Of a DNA stretch of 64,000 bases, positions 18,006-29,494 are shown piece by piece. The notes under the pieces were generated by a model. It made no database searches. It had not been told where the DNA came from and saw only the letters and a program-made list of their open reading frames with translations. A program made the position numbers and the translations under genes. How positions within the stretch are numbered: position 1 is the stretch's first letter; each line of letters opens with the position of its first letter. Source of the DNA: an uncultured Thermoplasmatales archaeon (GTDB taxonomy: Archaea > Thermoplasmatota > E2 > DHVEG-1); NCBI GenBank assembly GCA_964648565.1, contig CAZYLG010000001.1, forward strand, positions 12,315 through 76,314. The letters run 5' to 3'.

Positions 18006-21000
18006 ATGTCAATTACTAAAAAATGGTCAACTGGGCCATTAGGAAATGAATATCCAGATCATAGTGAAAGAGGAAACCCTAATACTCGTGGTTTGACTGA
18101 TAATGGTATACCAGGGGTTGAAGGTTATGTTGAAGAAGATCGTGTTGTTGCTTCAGAAGATAATCGACCATTAAAAAATTTAACTCAGAATGATCAAATA
18201 TTAGAAAACAATCTCGTTGATGTAGCATCAGAAGTTGATTATGGAGTATTAAAAGACAAATACGATGAATTTGATTTAGAAATTCAGGAATTAGATTATC
18301 ATCAAGATCCGGAGTCTGATAATCCAGATGACGTTGTTGAAATTACTCCATTACGAATTAAATCTGGTTCCTCATTTATTGATGGACAAGTAACTCGTAC
18401 CGGAAACCAACAGATTATTTATTTCTTACGTGATGACGAGTCATATTTATTTCCAGATTATGATGAACATCAAGGTGAAGTGGTTATCGAGTTGTTTGAT
18501 AAAGATTACTTCGGAGAATACAGACCTGTTTACAATACATTAGCAGAAGAGTTACCTTCGAACTTCACAGATTACGAGATTAAAATAACAAATACTGATT
18601 CTTCTGGATCATTAGAAGATAGAACATCATATTATAAAGTATATCGAGATTGGGAAGATATTGTTCCATATCCACCAGAAGAAGAATCACAATCACAGGT
18701 TCTCGATTTTGAATATGATGCGAATTATGGACAGGATTCAGAAGGTGTATGGCTCAATCCAGAGAATGATGTAATTAATATAAAAGTAAGTGACGTTGAA
18801 GTTAAAAAAAATATTCAAGTATTAGATAAACATCTTCGTCATAACGATTTTAAGTTAAATCCTTCTACTGGTAATTATGAACAAATTCTTATCACTGATG
18901 GTATTTTCTTTGACAACATTCGATGGGATACTTCAGGTGAAGTTGTTGATATACAAGATTTAGTAGTAGATAAAGATGATAATATATTTTTTATTTATGA
19001 TCCTTATAAATTAAATTTAGGTGAAATTGATACACTTTTATTATATAAATTATCTGCTGAATCAGAGCAAATAGATAATATAGAAATTACGAATATTCTT
19101 CCTACAGAAAAACCGATGCGATTAAAATTAATTGATGGTTATTTATTTGTTTTAGGTGAAGGTGCTTTAATCAAATTCTTAGATATTTATGTAAGTTCTA
19201 CTGTTAATGAATTTATTACACCACTTACTGGAGATACAACTCAAACGTTTAAAGATGTTGTAATATGGGATGATACATTGTGGATAGCATCGAATAACAC
19301 ACTATATTATACATCATGGGAAGATTTTAAAACTTCTCCACGACATGCCACTTTTACGACAATTGATTTTGCTTCGGAAATTGAATCTCAAGGTCATGCT
19401 GATACATTAGATTATATTCAAAATATATTTACTCTTAAAGGAAATTATGTTGTTGATTCATCATTAATTCATGATATTGACAATATAATAGATAATCCAT
19501 CATTTGAAGAAGGTGGGATTAATAATCCTCCTACTTCATGGGATGTAACATCAAGTTCTGGAAGTGCTACGTTAAAAGTAGCTAGTGGTAATGCACAAAT
19601 TGGTCAAATGCGAGCTGTACTTCAACCAGCTATTAATGATAATGAAATATCAGTATACCAAGATAAAAAATTCGATTTTGAAACAAGTCAAGATTATACA
19701 TTCTCTATTTATTTAAAAGCATCTACGGATACTGATGTAGATATAATACTATCAGAGTTAGATGACTCTGATGCTATAGTTGATTCTACCACTCAATCAG
19801 AAACCGTAACGGGAAATGATACATGGATTCGATTTTCAGTAACTCATACAGTAACTGATTCAACGAGTGTAAAATTACGAGTAGAAGTGAAGAAAACAGA
19901 TGTTAACGTTCTTCAATTTGACGGTGGGCAATTAGAACTTGGGGCGTCTGTCTCACAATTTGTTCATGGGTATAATTATCTGTTTATTACATTTAGAAAA
20001 AAAGATGATACAACAAATCCACCATTCGCTATTATTGATGAACGAAAAAAATATGATATCCAGTATACTCCTAATTTATATGGGAAAATTCAATCTATTA
20101 ATGATATATTAGATAGAAATCATAATGAAATTTATTTTATTGATGATAGCCATATTTATTCTATGCAACTATTAAATGATGTCGATCATTATGATAGAAT
20201 TAATATAAGTAATCTTTCATCACAATTATTTGGAGATGATTTCAGAGAGAGAGTCAAACAATTATATTCCATCGAAGAATTAAACAGTAGAATTTATATT
20301 GGTGGCACAATATTAAACAAAAATATATCATTTACTATTGATGATGGTGAGACACATACTGTAGAATTATTACATGCAAATGAAGTAACTGGTGGTGGAA
20401 GTTATTTAGATTTTCTTACAATTATTGGCGATTATAATTTTATTCAGGCAAGTGAAAATTCACCAGCAAGAGTAGAGTTTTCAAGAACAGAAGAATTGTA
20501 TGAATCACAAAATCCTACTCCGACAGAAGGATTTTATAGTGCTGAACAAATATATGCATTTGGTATACGAATTGATGACATTGAATATTTAATAAAAGTT
20601 GATTCAGCTCCCCAAGAATTTAATAGTCCATGGTCAATAGAGGACGTATACAATAAAATAGTAACACATACGACATCAGAAGGTTATGATGTATTTAGTT
20701 GGCATTTTGATAATTCTACATTGATTGTTGATGGTTTATATAGTATTGGTATGAATAAACCCACACGATATCTTCGTGGTAACATTAAAAAGATTTTCAA
20801 ACAAGAAAATGCTGAAGAAAAGGATGTTAATGAAAGACATTTATATATAGCTCGTGAAAATACAATTATTCGTTCGAAATATGATCCTAATATTAAAAAA
20901 GTAGGTGATAGTTATCCATCCGAACCAGTAGTACGAGGGTATGTAGATTCGATGGATGATTTACCATCTGATCCAGATAATAATGATGTATATTATGTTG

Positions 21001-24000
21001 AAGGATGGGGATACTTTAAATGGATAGAAAGTACAAGTGAATGGATTGATACTCACTATTTTCATAGATGGGATATATCAGATTCTAATTATGAATTAAG
21101 AGAATTCACAAAAATAGCAAATGAAACTATTACATTTAATGATACTACCCATAATAGATTATTTGTTGATATTCCAGTATCATCAGGATGTGAATTATTA
21201 ACAGGTAGTGTACGATTAAAAATAAATGATGAAACTGAATATGGATTTATAGAAGGCAAGGATTACTTTATAAACTATGAAAACAAAACAGTTATCCGAA
21301 ATGACGGTAAGAATTTACTATCTGATTCTAAATTAGAACATATCGATGACCCTTCAACACAATGGAATATATGGTCGACCCATGATGATCCAGAATTTAA
21401 TTCACTAACAAATGAATTTAATGAAATTTTTGCTGAATTCTATACGGTTAATCAAATAACAGAGTATGTCAACTTCCATCAAGTAGTCGTACCAAATACT
21501 CTTTCTGTCGGCGAAACATTCACGTTTTCAATATATGTAAAATCTAATATAGAATTTACTAGTGGTAATATCAGGTTAGCTGAACGTATTAATTCCGGAA
21601 CAAATAAAAATGATTTATCATTATTTTATGATGATTTTATTGATGGATCGACACAGACATTTTTCATTTCAAATTCAGAATTAGATATTGGTAAATGGCA
21701 TAGAATAGAGGTTACCCATACTATTCAAAATACAGAATCAGATTGTTTACGAGTAGAATTTTATTCTGCACTTAATCATCAAATATTTGTAAAAAATGCT
21801 CAATTAGAAGAAAATCCGTTTGCTACTCCGTATGTGCCTGAGGAAGGGTTTTCAAGAATTGATCCGCAAGATACTGTATATTGTGATTTTATAGAATATA
21901 AAGTATTAACAGAAGGATCAGATTATACATTTAATACTGATGATAATCGAAGAATTTGTTTATTGAATCCAATTGGAAGTAATTCAGAATTATATTTTGA
22001 TTATGAATATGAAAGAATATTTAACCCGTATAAATATGGTAATTCTCTTCCAACATTTGATGTACGATATGATAACCGTGATGATTATTTTCTTTATGAG
22101 AATAGTGGTCGTATTTGGGCGATTAACCAAATATTAGCACTTTTATCATTAGATGAAAGCTTGAATGTTTCATATAAATATCATTATCCTCGAATCGATA
22201 AAATAAAAATTAGAAATATACCTGATAAATATGGAAATTTCTTATATATTGTAAAAGGTGATTTTGATGTTGAAAATCCGTATAGTCCTGGTGATCTAGG
22301 AAATCAACGACAGGTATACGTAGATGGAGTGTATGATGTATCTATTGATGATGTTAACAATGAAGATAATGATGTATTATATGAATTAAATGTTGTGGAT
22401 TTAAATTTTAATAAAAATGATATTTATGATAGAAGAATTTTTATTGATTCTGATACGAGTCCATATTTCAGTATTTCTTTACAGAATGAAACATTAGCAT
22501 ATTTCCCATTCGTTAAAGATTTTATTTCTACAAATGGTATTCATCCATTAAATCAAATTGATGCTTCTCGTATCGTTTCAATTGTTAAAAATTATAGTAT
22601 TCAACAGAACGAAGAAGTTGGAGCATGGGGAACTGATTATCAAATGTCGTTGCGATATAAAGATGGATACCCCGAAAATATTGGTCCTTCTCTTTCTACA
22701 TTTGTTGATAATGATAATGGTAAAGATGATGATCCAGCATATGATGGTACTTCTCAACTCCTTGCATTTAAAACAATCGGAAGAGCTGTAGAAGCTATTC
22801 GAGATGAAGGAGCTCAACCAAATATAGTTATTATTTCTACTTCTACTATTACTGAAGATGTGGAAATTGATTTAACTCAAGAAATTTTAATTAAAGCTAA
22901 AACGTATACCCGTTGGAGAGGCAATTTACAAAATAGAAGTAAAATCACGTTTCAGGGTATCATATTTGAAAATTTCAACTTTTATGCGATAGCAGATTTA
23001 GATTTTTATCATTGTAATTTAGAAGATTCTTCAATTAATAATTATTATCCTCTTAATATTTCGTTATATAATTGTAAAATTTTAGATGCTACAAATACAT
23101 TTTTACGAATAAGTTCACAATTATTTCCAACTCCATTTGCACACCCATATATGAGAAATATTACAAGAGATGATGGTGTCCCTGGAAGTCCAGAATCTGT
23201 AGCGACATCTGACGGTGAGGCAATACATCCAGAGGATTTACAATATAATTTTGAATTGTTTGGTGATCCTATTGGAAATTATACAATGTATCGATGTCTC
23301 ATGAATGGTTTATCAGATGATTTAATCCATTATGATTTAACAAATACACAAGATTGGATTAGCAATTTTGATGTAGAAAAATGTACTATTGTTAACAGTA
23401 AACTTCTCTTTAAAACATCAAAACCAGGTCAATCAATTCTTTTCAATGAATGTATTGTATGGAATAACGGAGAAATACGAAGTGGAGAGAAAAAATATTT
23501 TGATTCACGATCTAACATTGAATTTTTAAATTCATTTATTGATTTTTCAGTCGATCCAGAATTAGTACCAGCTAGTGAACTGAATTTTAATCCAATTGGA
23601 GGTATTTTTGGAAGAGAAACTTGTCAATTTTCAGGACCCAATAAAGATCCTGGATTTATTAGTACTGATGAAGAAACAGAAGATTATCATCTTCGTTCAA
23701 TAGCAAAAGGATTTTTAACAGATTCTGTATGTATTGGAAAAGCATCAGACGGGAAAGATATTGGATGCTATGATGAAATTCGGGAACGAGTTGATTTAGA
23801 CGTACCTAAAAAATTTAAATCTAATTTTGCTTATATAGCAGAATCAATTCATTATCCAATAGTTGTTAATTCAGAAAAAATTACATTCACTGTTGAATTT
23901 AAGCCTACTGAAACATACAACAATACAGGAATTTTATTTGATACTCGATCGGATACTGATGATGATGATTATATTGTATTATTATACAACAATAATACTG

Positions 24001-27000
24001 GAGAGAAACGTGCTAATCTTACTCCAGATTCACAAGCTGAACCGTCTGACCCATATACATTTAAGATTATTGTTGCCAATAAATATAAAAAATATGCAGT
24101 AATATCACCATTACAAATTCTATCAGATGCTGATTATCAACAATGGCATAAGATTTCATTCACAGTAAACTATGAAAAAGCATTTAATCAGAAACCAGCA
24201 TTTGATGAAAAAGACAAATATCAGAATATTATTACATTCTATCACAATAATCAATTAGCAATAGAATCATTTATTGTTAATGATTTAAATAGAGATGAGA
24301 AAGGTGAATTAATTCTTAATGAGTTAGCACAAGGAAATGAAATTGTAGAAGGATTTAAAGAAGAAGAAACAACAAATGCTTGGAATTATAATGATATCTC
24401 ATATTATATTACTATTGGTGGTGCATTTGATCAGACTCAATTATTAAGCGGTTATTATTCAGAATTACGAATAGATAATAAATTCACCAATAGAAAAGAA
24501 TTAACATATTGGAATGACAAAGAACTTCCTTTTATTGACCCCACAAATTATATCGACCAATCTACGTTTGTTAAAACTATAGATAGTAGAATTTTAAATG
24601 AATTCTGGTCATTAAAAAATGAATATGGTATAGGAGCGAAAGGGAATACGTTTGAAGATAAAACAAGAAAAAGATTTACTTATTTAAATAGTGAATTGGT
24701 ATGGGCACTAATGGAACCAACAATGAACTATTTAGAAAATTCAGATTTTACTGAAAACGAATTTGCTCATATTATTACAGATGTCCCACCACGTTTAAAT
24801 TCAAATATTAGTAAATATATGTTTATTTCTACTACTGGTTCACGAATTGCTACTGATAATGCTCAATCTACAATTAATGATGATGCATATGGTATATCAG
24901 TTCGTTTTTTCACGGATGAAGATGACTACGCAAATGGAATGAATTTTTATTCAGCAAAAGAATTGGTAGATCATATTAATGATGAGATATTCAGAACTGA
25001 TGGTGGAACGCCAGTAAATGGGAATACATATATTAGATGTCGATTACGAAAAGACGGAAAAATTGAATTTTATACAAAAGATTGGCAAGCTACATCAATT
25101 AAAATACAATTTGAAAATTCTGGTGATCATAGAGAAATAGGATTCAATAATGATAATCCTGATTTAATTGATTGGGAATATATGGGAGAATTACAAGGTG
25201 ATGAAGCAAATGTATATTTTATCGATACATTGCGTTCTGATTCATATGTACCAGACGGATCTCCTGCATATCCATTTAAATCATTTTTCGCAGCGAAATC
25301 ACAATTAGAAGTAGGATACGTATTATATATCGCAAATGGAGAAACAAATCCAGGATCTACATATGCAGATTTTGGAATTACTACAGGTGGTGGTGGCGGA
25401 ACAGTATTATTTACTGGACGTCAAATAACGAAAACAAAAGATACAAATTTTGAGATTTTAGGTTTAGATGGTGATACGGTAGGAAGACATGAAGTATGGA
25501 ATGAGTTCGATCCATTATATACTCGTTTGTCAAATAGAAGTTGGGGTATATTAAAAAATAGGGCATTGGGTGAAGATGAAACGATAACAATTTATTTTGA
25601 AAAAATTACACAAACAGGCGGCGCTCCTATTGATTTTGTACCGGGAGAATATTATACATTTTCTATGTATGTATATAGTGAAGATGAAGTTAGTAGTGAA
25701 AAAATTAAATTTATTAAAAGAGAAAATGGTACTGAAACAGAATTCTTCTTTGATGATATAGAAAAAATATATGGTAGTTGGATGAAGTTGACAAAAACAA
25801 CATCTTTCTCATCAGATCTTCAAGCAGATATCGGTATTATAGTAAAAAGAGATATTGAATTCTATATTGATGCTGTACAGTTAGAACGATCTAAATTCTC
25901 AACTCCATATATTAAAGAAAGAAATGATAACCATGGCGTGATTGAAATTAGTAGAGCATTGGTACAAAAACAACGTGGTATCATATTTTTTAGATTTAAA
26001 CCAATTATAAATTTTGATACTGAAGATGAAATTGTACTTTTAGAAGCAGTAAAATATCAAATTGATGAAGCGGGTGATTTAGTATATAAAGAAGGAAGTG
26101 ATGTACCACTTGTAGATTGGAATCGCGGATTTAGAATATCATATTATTATGATCCAACAATTGAAAAGGGTATCATAACATTTAAAACTGATAGTCTAGT
26201 AATTAATGATACCTCGACACATAAATTTTATATCGTAGAATCATTATGGGATTACTGGCATTCAGTCGCCATCTATTATGATTATCCTACAAATAGATTT
26301 ATCTATTATTTCGATCATTTTAAGTATGATACCGAATCTGGTGCGGCAGTTCAACCATTCGCATCCAATTTTTATATTGGTCGTGATGTGCCTAAAGACT
26401 ATACATCAAGTGGATCATTTGAATGGACTGATTCTATTGGATATGACGAAACAAAAAATCGTCCTTCAGCAAACATATTGGTGAAAGATGTTATTATTAC
26501 AAATTATCCAATATCTGACAGAGAATTATCTAATTGGAAAAATATACAAGAATTTTATAAAGAGAGTTCTTATATCCATTTATTAGATTACTATCAAGAT
26601 CAAGTATTACAAAGAATCTCTAACTTAGAATTAGTATCAGAAAATACAATTGAAATTAGTAATAAAATTGACTCATTTGAACAACAAATAAATCAGTTCG
26701 AAGAAAACCTAAATAATAACGTTAATACTCAATTACCACAAATAGAAAGTGATATTGCCACAAATGCAGCAAATATAACTACAAATGCAGATGACATCGA
26801 TGTATTAGAGCTTAATGTATCAAATTTAACAGCAGAACAATCTAATCAAGATGGTAGAATTACACAAAACGAGAGTGATATTGATTACAATTATAATTTG
26901 ATTCTTGCAGAAACACAAGCGCGAATCGATGCTGACGACATTATAGTAAATAGATTAATATCAAATAACATTGGTGATGGAGCTTCAACTGTTGGAATAG

Positions 27001-28853
27001 CAGATACAAATAATCGTTTTTCAGCTACAAATGTAGAAAATGCATTGCAAGAATTGGCTGGAGTGGATAGAGATGCTACCCATACGGTAAAGGGTAATTA
27101 TGATCTTATTCAAACTAATATCACTACCCTCACAGATTTACAAGAAGATGTACAGTACGCTCTTGATGCGAATACTGGTTCTTGGACTCAAGTGAAAGCA
27201 ACAAATAATGGTTGGAATATCGCAGATCTACGAACCGATGTAACAACAAATGCTGGAGATATAACCACTAATGCGGGAGATATCGCTCAAGAAATTATTG
27301 ATAGAGCTAACGCAGATCAACAGATTAGAGATGATTTGATTTCTACTGATAATGGTAAAGGAGCTTCATTAATCGGAGTAGAAGATTCAAACGGTGTGTT
27401 AACTGAAATTAATCTCGAAGCTGCTTTATATGAAATAATTGGATCAGGAAGAACAAATCAAACAATTAAAGATAATTGGGATCTTATTCAAACCAATATA
27501 AGTGATATTACAGATATTCAAAATGATGTTTCGAATATTAATACCGATTTATTAGAAATCGGTAAAATGAAAGACGGTACTGATGGATCTACTTGGGATT
27601 CATCAATGAATCTTAAGGATCATGAGGATCGATTAGATACCGCCGAAACAAATATTAGTACAAATGCTTCGGATATCGATACGAATGAAACAGATATCGC
27701 GAATACTCTTTCTTATGCTCAAGGGGTAAGAACAGACCTAACAACTGAAATTAGTAATAGACAGCAGGGCGATCAAGATATACGAAATGATTTAGCATCT
27801 ACTTCTGCTACGAAAGGTGCTTCAATGGTTGGAGTGAAAGATGAAAATGGATATTTTACCGAGAATACAGTAGAGGAAGTGTTATCTGAATTAGATGAAA
27901 AAATACAAACATTAGAAACAAGTCTTAACTGGAAAGAACCTGTTGATACTGTCGGTGACTTACCGACAACTGGTAATGATGATGGGGATGCTCGAACTGT
28001 ATTAGATGATGGTGATGGATTTGCAGCTCAATATGTATGGAATGGAACCTCATGGGTTAAAATTGCAGATATTAATTGGGGAACTGCATCGGATATTTCA
28101 TATACTAATACGACAACAGGAATGGATGCTACAAATGTACAATCTGCTATTGATGAAGTATATGAACGTTCACAAGATCCTTCTAAAGCAGAAGATGAAG
28201 TTGAAACTACTGATTATTCATCTAGTGGTGGTCGGTATTTTTATGATATTGATCATGAATTAAATACTCAAGACGTAACAGTTATACCGATTAGTAAAAC
28301 CGATGGTAGAGTTGTAGGAGTTGATGAAATAGAAGCTGTTGATTTTAACACAACACGAGTATGGGTAACTGATAACTCCGAGGGATTAAATTTTATAGTA
28401 TTCGGGGCTGTTCATAATTATTCAAAAACTGTAGGATCGTGGACACCTTCTAGTGGCACATATTATCATACAGTTAATCATAATCTTAATTCTCAACAAT
28501 TATTATTATCGGTATTCGACTTAAGTACTGGACATAGAGTAAATCTTGATGAAATACTATTTACTGATGATAATACGATTACACTTTGGACATCAGACAA
28601 CTTATTACAAGTCAATGTCTTTGTATTAAAACGAACATCAGATACAAAAGTAAAAGATATCGATAATTGGAATCCGGTGGCTGGCATGTATGAGGCATCC
28701 ATTAAAATGCCAGAAGATTATGATGCTGTTTATCAATTTATTGATCCTTCTACTGGAAGAATTGTTGGAGTTGATGATGTATGGTTTGATGGTGATTATC
28801 TTAAAGTACGAAGTTCAGATGATTCTCGTTTACGAATGGTTATCTTAAGATAA
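18006..28853 (+). CDS. giant mosaic tail-fibre/spike protein, 3615 aa. It has CBM-like (NPSFE...) jelly-roll domains, two DUF1565-type right-handed beta-helix segments, a coiled-coil/heptad region with a threefold GAS(L/M/T)(I/V)GV repeat, one WKEPV..DLP..GD.R.VL repeat, and three C-terminal ~60-aa repeats.
   Basis: GAGGAAACAGAG then ATG. CBM-like domains sit near nt 19500, 21400 and 25550. Beta-helix starts AFKTIGRAVEAI (~22760) and YPFKSFFAAKSQ (~25270). The heptad region spans ~26620..27920. The C-terminal repeats span ~28230..28850. Confidence 0.85.
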   Translation: MSITKKWSTGPLGNEYPDHSERGNPNTRGLTDNGIPGVEGYVEEDRVVASEDNRPLKNLTQNDQILENNLVDVASEVDYGVLKDKYDEFDLEIQELDYHQDPESDNPDDVVEITPLRIKSGSSFIDGQVTRTGNQQIIYFLRDDESYLFPDYDEHQGEVVIELFDKDYFGEYRPVYNTLAEELPSNFTDYEIKITNTDSSGSLEDRTSYYKVYRDWEDIVPYPPEEESQSQVLDFEYDANYGQDSEGVWLNPENDVINIKVSDVEVKKNIQVLDKHLRHNDFKLNPSTGNYEQILITDGIFFDNIRWDTSGEVVDIQDLVVDKDDNIFFIYDPYKLNLGEIDTLLLYKLSAESEQIDNIEITNILPTEKPMRLKLIDGYLFVLGEGALIKFLDIYVSSTVNEFITPLTGDTTQTFKDVVIWDDTLWIASNNTLYYTSWEDFKTSPRHATFTTIDFASEIESQGHADTLDYIQNIFTLKGNYVVDSSLIHDIDNIIDNPSFEEGGINNPPTSWDVTSSSGSATLKVASGNAQIGQMRAVLQPAINDNEISVYQDKKFDFETSQDYTFSIYLKASTDTDVDIILSELDDSDAIVDSTTQSETVTGNDTWIRFSVTHTVTDSTSVKLRVEVKKTDVNVLQFDGGQLELGASVSQFVHGYNYLFITFRKKDDTTNPPFAIIDERKKYDIQYTPNLYGKIQSINDILDRNHNEIYFIDDSHIYSMQLLNDVDHYDRINISNLSSQLFGDDFRERVKQLYSIEELNSRIYIGGTILNKNISFTIDDGETHTVELLHANEVTGGGSYLDFLTIIGDYNFIQASENSPARVEFSRTEELYESQNPTPTEGFYSAEQIYAFGIRIDDIEYLIKVDSAPQEFNSPWSIEDVYNKIVTHTTSEGYDVFSWHFDNSTLIVDGLYSIGMNKPTRYLRGNIKKIFKQENAEEKDVNERHLYIARENTIIRSKYDPNIKKVGDSYPSEPVVRGYVDSMDDLPSDPDNNDVYYVEGWGYFKWIESTSEWIDTHYFHRWDISDSNYELREFTKIANETITFNDTTHNRLFVDIPVSSGCELLTGSVRLKINDETEYGFIEGKDYFINYENKTVIRNDGKNLLSDSKLEHIDDPSTQWNIWSTHDDPEFNSLTNEFNEIFAEFYTVNQITEYVNFHQVVVPNTLSVGETFTFSIYVKSNIEFTSGNIRLAERINSGTNKNDLSLFYDDFIDGSTQTFFISNSELDIGKWHRIEVTHTIQNTESDCLRVEFYSALNHQIFVKNAQLEENPFATPYVPEEGFSRIDPQDTVYCDFIEYKVLTEGSDYTFNTDDNRRICLLNPIGSNSELYFDYEYERIFNPYKYGNSLPTFDVRYDNRDDYFLYENSGRIWAINQILALLSLDESLNVSYKYHYPRIDKIKIRNIPDKYGNFLYIVKGDFDVENPYSPGDLGNQRQVYVDGVYDVSIDDVNNEDNDVLYELNVVDLNFNKNDIYDRRIFIDSDTSPYFSISLQNETLAYFPFVKDFISTNGIHPLNQIDASRIVSIVKNYSIQQNEEVGAWGTDYQMSLRYKDGYPENIGPSLSTFVDNDNGKDDDPAYDGTSQLLAFKTIGRAVEAIRDEGAQPNIVIISTSTITEDVEIDLTQEILIKAKTYTRWRGNLQNRSKITFQGIIFENFNFYAIADLDFYHCNLEDSSINNYYPLNISLYNCKILDATNTFLRISSQLFPTPFAHPYMRNITRDDGVPGSPESVATSDGEAIHPEDLQYNFELFGDPIGNYTMYRCLMNGLSDDLIHYDLTNTQDWISNFDVEKCTIVNSKLLFKTSKPGQSILFNECIVWNNGEIRSGEKKYFDSRSNIEFLNSFIDFSVDPELVPASELNFNPIGGIFGRETCQFSGPNKDPGFISTDEETEDYHLRSIAKGFLTDSVCIGKASDGKDIGCYDEIRERVDLDVPKKFKSNFAYIAESIHYPIVVNSEKITFTVEFKPTETYNNTGILFDTRSDTDDDDYIVLLYNNNTGEKRANLTPDSQAEPSDPYTFKIIVANKYKKYAVISPLQILSDADYQQWHKISFTVNYEKAFNQKPAFDEKDKYQNIITFYHNNQLAIESFIVNDLNRDEKGELILNELAQGNEIVEGFKEEETTNAWNYNDISYYITIGGAFDQTQLLSGYYSELRIDNKFTNRKELTYWNDKELPFIDPTNYIDQSTFVKTIDSRILNEFWSLKNEYGIGAKGNTFEDKTRKRFTYLNSELVWALMEPTMNYLENSDFTENEFAHIITDVPPRLNSNISKYMFISTTGSRIATDNAQSTINDDAYGISVRFFTDEDDYANGMNFYSAKELVDHINDEIFRTDGGTPVNGNTYIRCRLRKDGKIEFYTKDWQATSIKIQFENSGDHREIGFNNDNPDLIDWEYMGELQGDEANVYFIDTLRSDSYVPDGSPAYPFKSFFAAKSQLEVGYVLYIANGETNPGSTYADFGITTGGGGGTVLFTGRQITKTKDTNFEILGLDGDTVGRHEVWNEFDPLYTRLSNRSWGILKNRALGEDETITIYFEKITQTGGAPIDFVPGEYYTFSMYVYSEDEVSSEKIKFIKRENGTETEFFFDDIEKIYGSWMKLTKTTSFSSDLQADIGIIVKRDIEFYIDAVQLERSKFSTPYIKERNDNHGVIEISRALVQKQRGIIFFRFKPIINFDTEDEIVLLEAVKYQIDEAGDLVYKEGSDVPLVDWNRGFRISYYYDPTIEKGIITFKTDSLVINDTSTHKFYIVESLWDYWHSVAIYYDYPTNRFIYYFDHFKYDTESGAAVQPFASNFYIGRDVPKDYTSSGSFEWTDSIGYDETKNRPSANILVKDVIITNYPISDRELSNWKNIQEFYKESSYIHLLDYYQDQVLQRISNLELVSENTIEISNKIDSFEQQINQFEENLNNNVNTQLPQIESDIATNAANITTNADDIDVLELNVSNLTAEQSNQDGRITQNESDIDYNYNLILAETQARIDADDIIVNRLISNNIGDGASTVGIADTNNRFSATNVENALQELAGVDRDATHTVKGNYDLIQTNITTLTDLQEDVQYALDANTGSWTQVKATNNGWNIADLRTDVTTNAGDITTNAGDIAQEIIDRANADQQIRDDLISTDNGKGASLIGVEDSNGVLTEINLEAALYEIIGSGRTNQTIKDNWDLIQTNISDITDIQNDVSNINTDLLEIGKMKDGTDGSTWDSSMNLKDHEDRLDTAETNISTNASDIDTNETDIANTLSYAQGVRTDLTTEISNRQQGDQDIRNDLASTSATKGASMVGVKDENGYFTENTVEEVLSELDEKIQTLETSLNWKEPVDTVGDLPTTGNDDGDARTVLDDGDGFAAQYVWNGTSWVKIADINWGTASDISYTNTTTGMDATNVQSAIDEVYERSQDPSKAEDEVETTDYSSSGGRYFYDIDHELNTQDVTVIPISKTDGRVVGVDEIEAVDFNTTRVWVTDNSEGLNFIVFGAVHNYSKTVGSWTPSSGTYYHTVNHNLNSQQLLLSVFDLSTGHRVNLDEILFTDDNTITLWTSDNLLQVNVFVLKRTSDTKVKDIDNWNPVAGMYEASIKMPEDYDAVYQFIDPSTGRIVGVDDVWFDGDYLKVRSSDDSRLRMVILR

Positions 28854-28945
28854 ATTTGAGGAATAATGAAATCTAAATACATACTACCAACATTCAAGAA
28901 TTTAGATGGATATTATGTATCTCTGGTGGTTATATCAGCAAGGGT

Positions 28946-29119
28946 ATGACTATTACTAAATATGAAATTTTATATCCTTGTGAACTAGATAGAGAAACTC
29001 AAAGACGTGTGAGATTTCAAATAAAAGGAAATGGTACTTCTGTTAAAGGGACTATATTTAAGAAAGAAAAATTTCATGACTCATTAAAAGGTATATTTAA
29101 GGATCTATTTAGTGGCTAA
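28946..29119 (+). CDS. small hypothetical protein, 57 aa (MTITKYEILYPCELDRETQRRV...)
   Basis: ATG at 28946 after a weak AAGGG. Short ORF, low confidence. The shorter ORF 28866..28952 overlaps it. Confidence 0.25.
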   Translation: MTITKYEILYPCELDRETQRRVRFQIKGNGTSVKGTIFKKEKFHDSLKGIFKDLFSG

Positions 29120-29480
29120 AAGAAAGAAAATGACATTACGCCAATATTATAAGACAGAACATTGGAAAAAGTTGAGAAATAAATTAGCTTATGGTGATGA
29201 TGCACAATGTGAGATATGTGGTGCCAATAGATGGGAGAACTATAAGATAGGTCCCAAGAAAGGTCAAAGGAGGCCTAAGAGTGTTAATAAGATACATATC
29301 CATCATAAACATTATGATACCATGTTGAATGAATCAAGAAATGACGTGATGCTTCTGTGTGACTCCTGTCATAAATTTTTTCATATGTTGGAGAAGATGA
29401 GAAAAAAACATTCTATGTATGAAAAAGCATATCAGGAGTTAAAAAAGGAATCAAAATGGGAATACAAGAAGCGAAAATAA
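29112..29480 (+). CDS. HNH endonuclease, 122 aa from GTG at 29112 or 116 aa from ATG at 29130
   Basis: CEICG...HIHHKHYD...LLCDSCHKFFH matches the HNH C..C / H..H / C..CH zinc-knuckle catalytic motif. Confidence 0.7.
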   Translation: MAKRKKMTLRQYYKTEHWKKLRNKLAYGDDAQCEICGANRWENYKIGPKKGQRRPKSVNKIHIHHKHYDTMLNESRNDVMLLCDSCHKFFHMLEKMRKKHSMYEKAYQELKKESKWEYKKRK

Positions 29481-29494
29481 GAGGAAGATATTAA

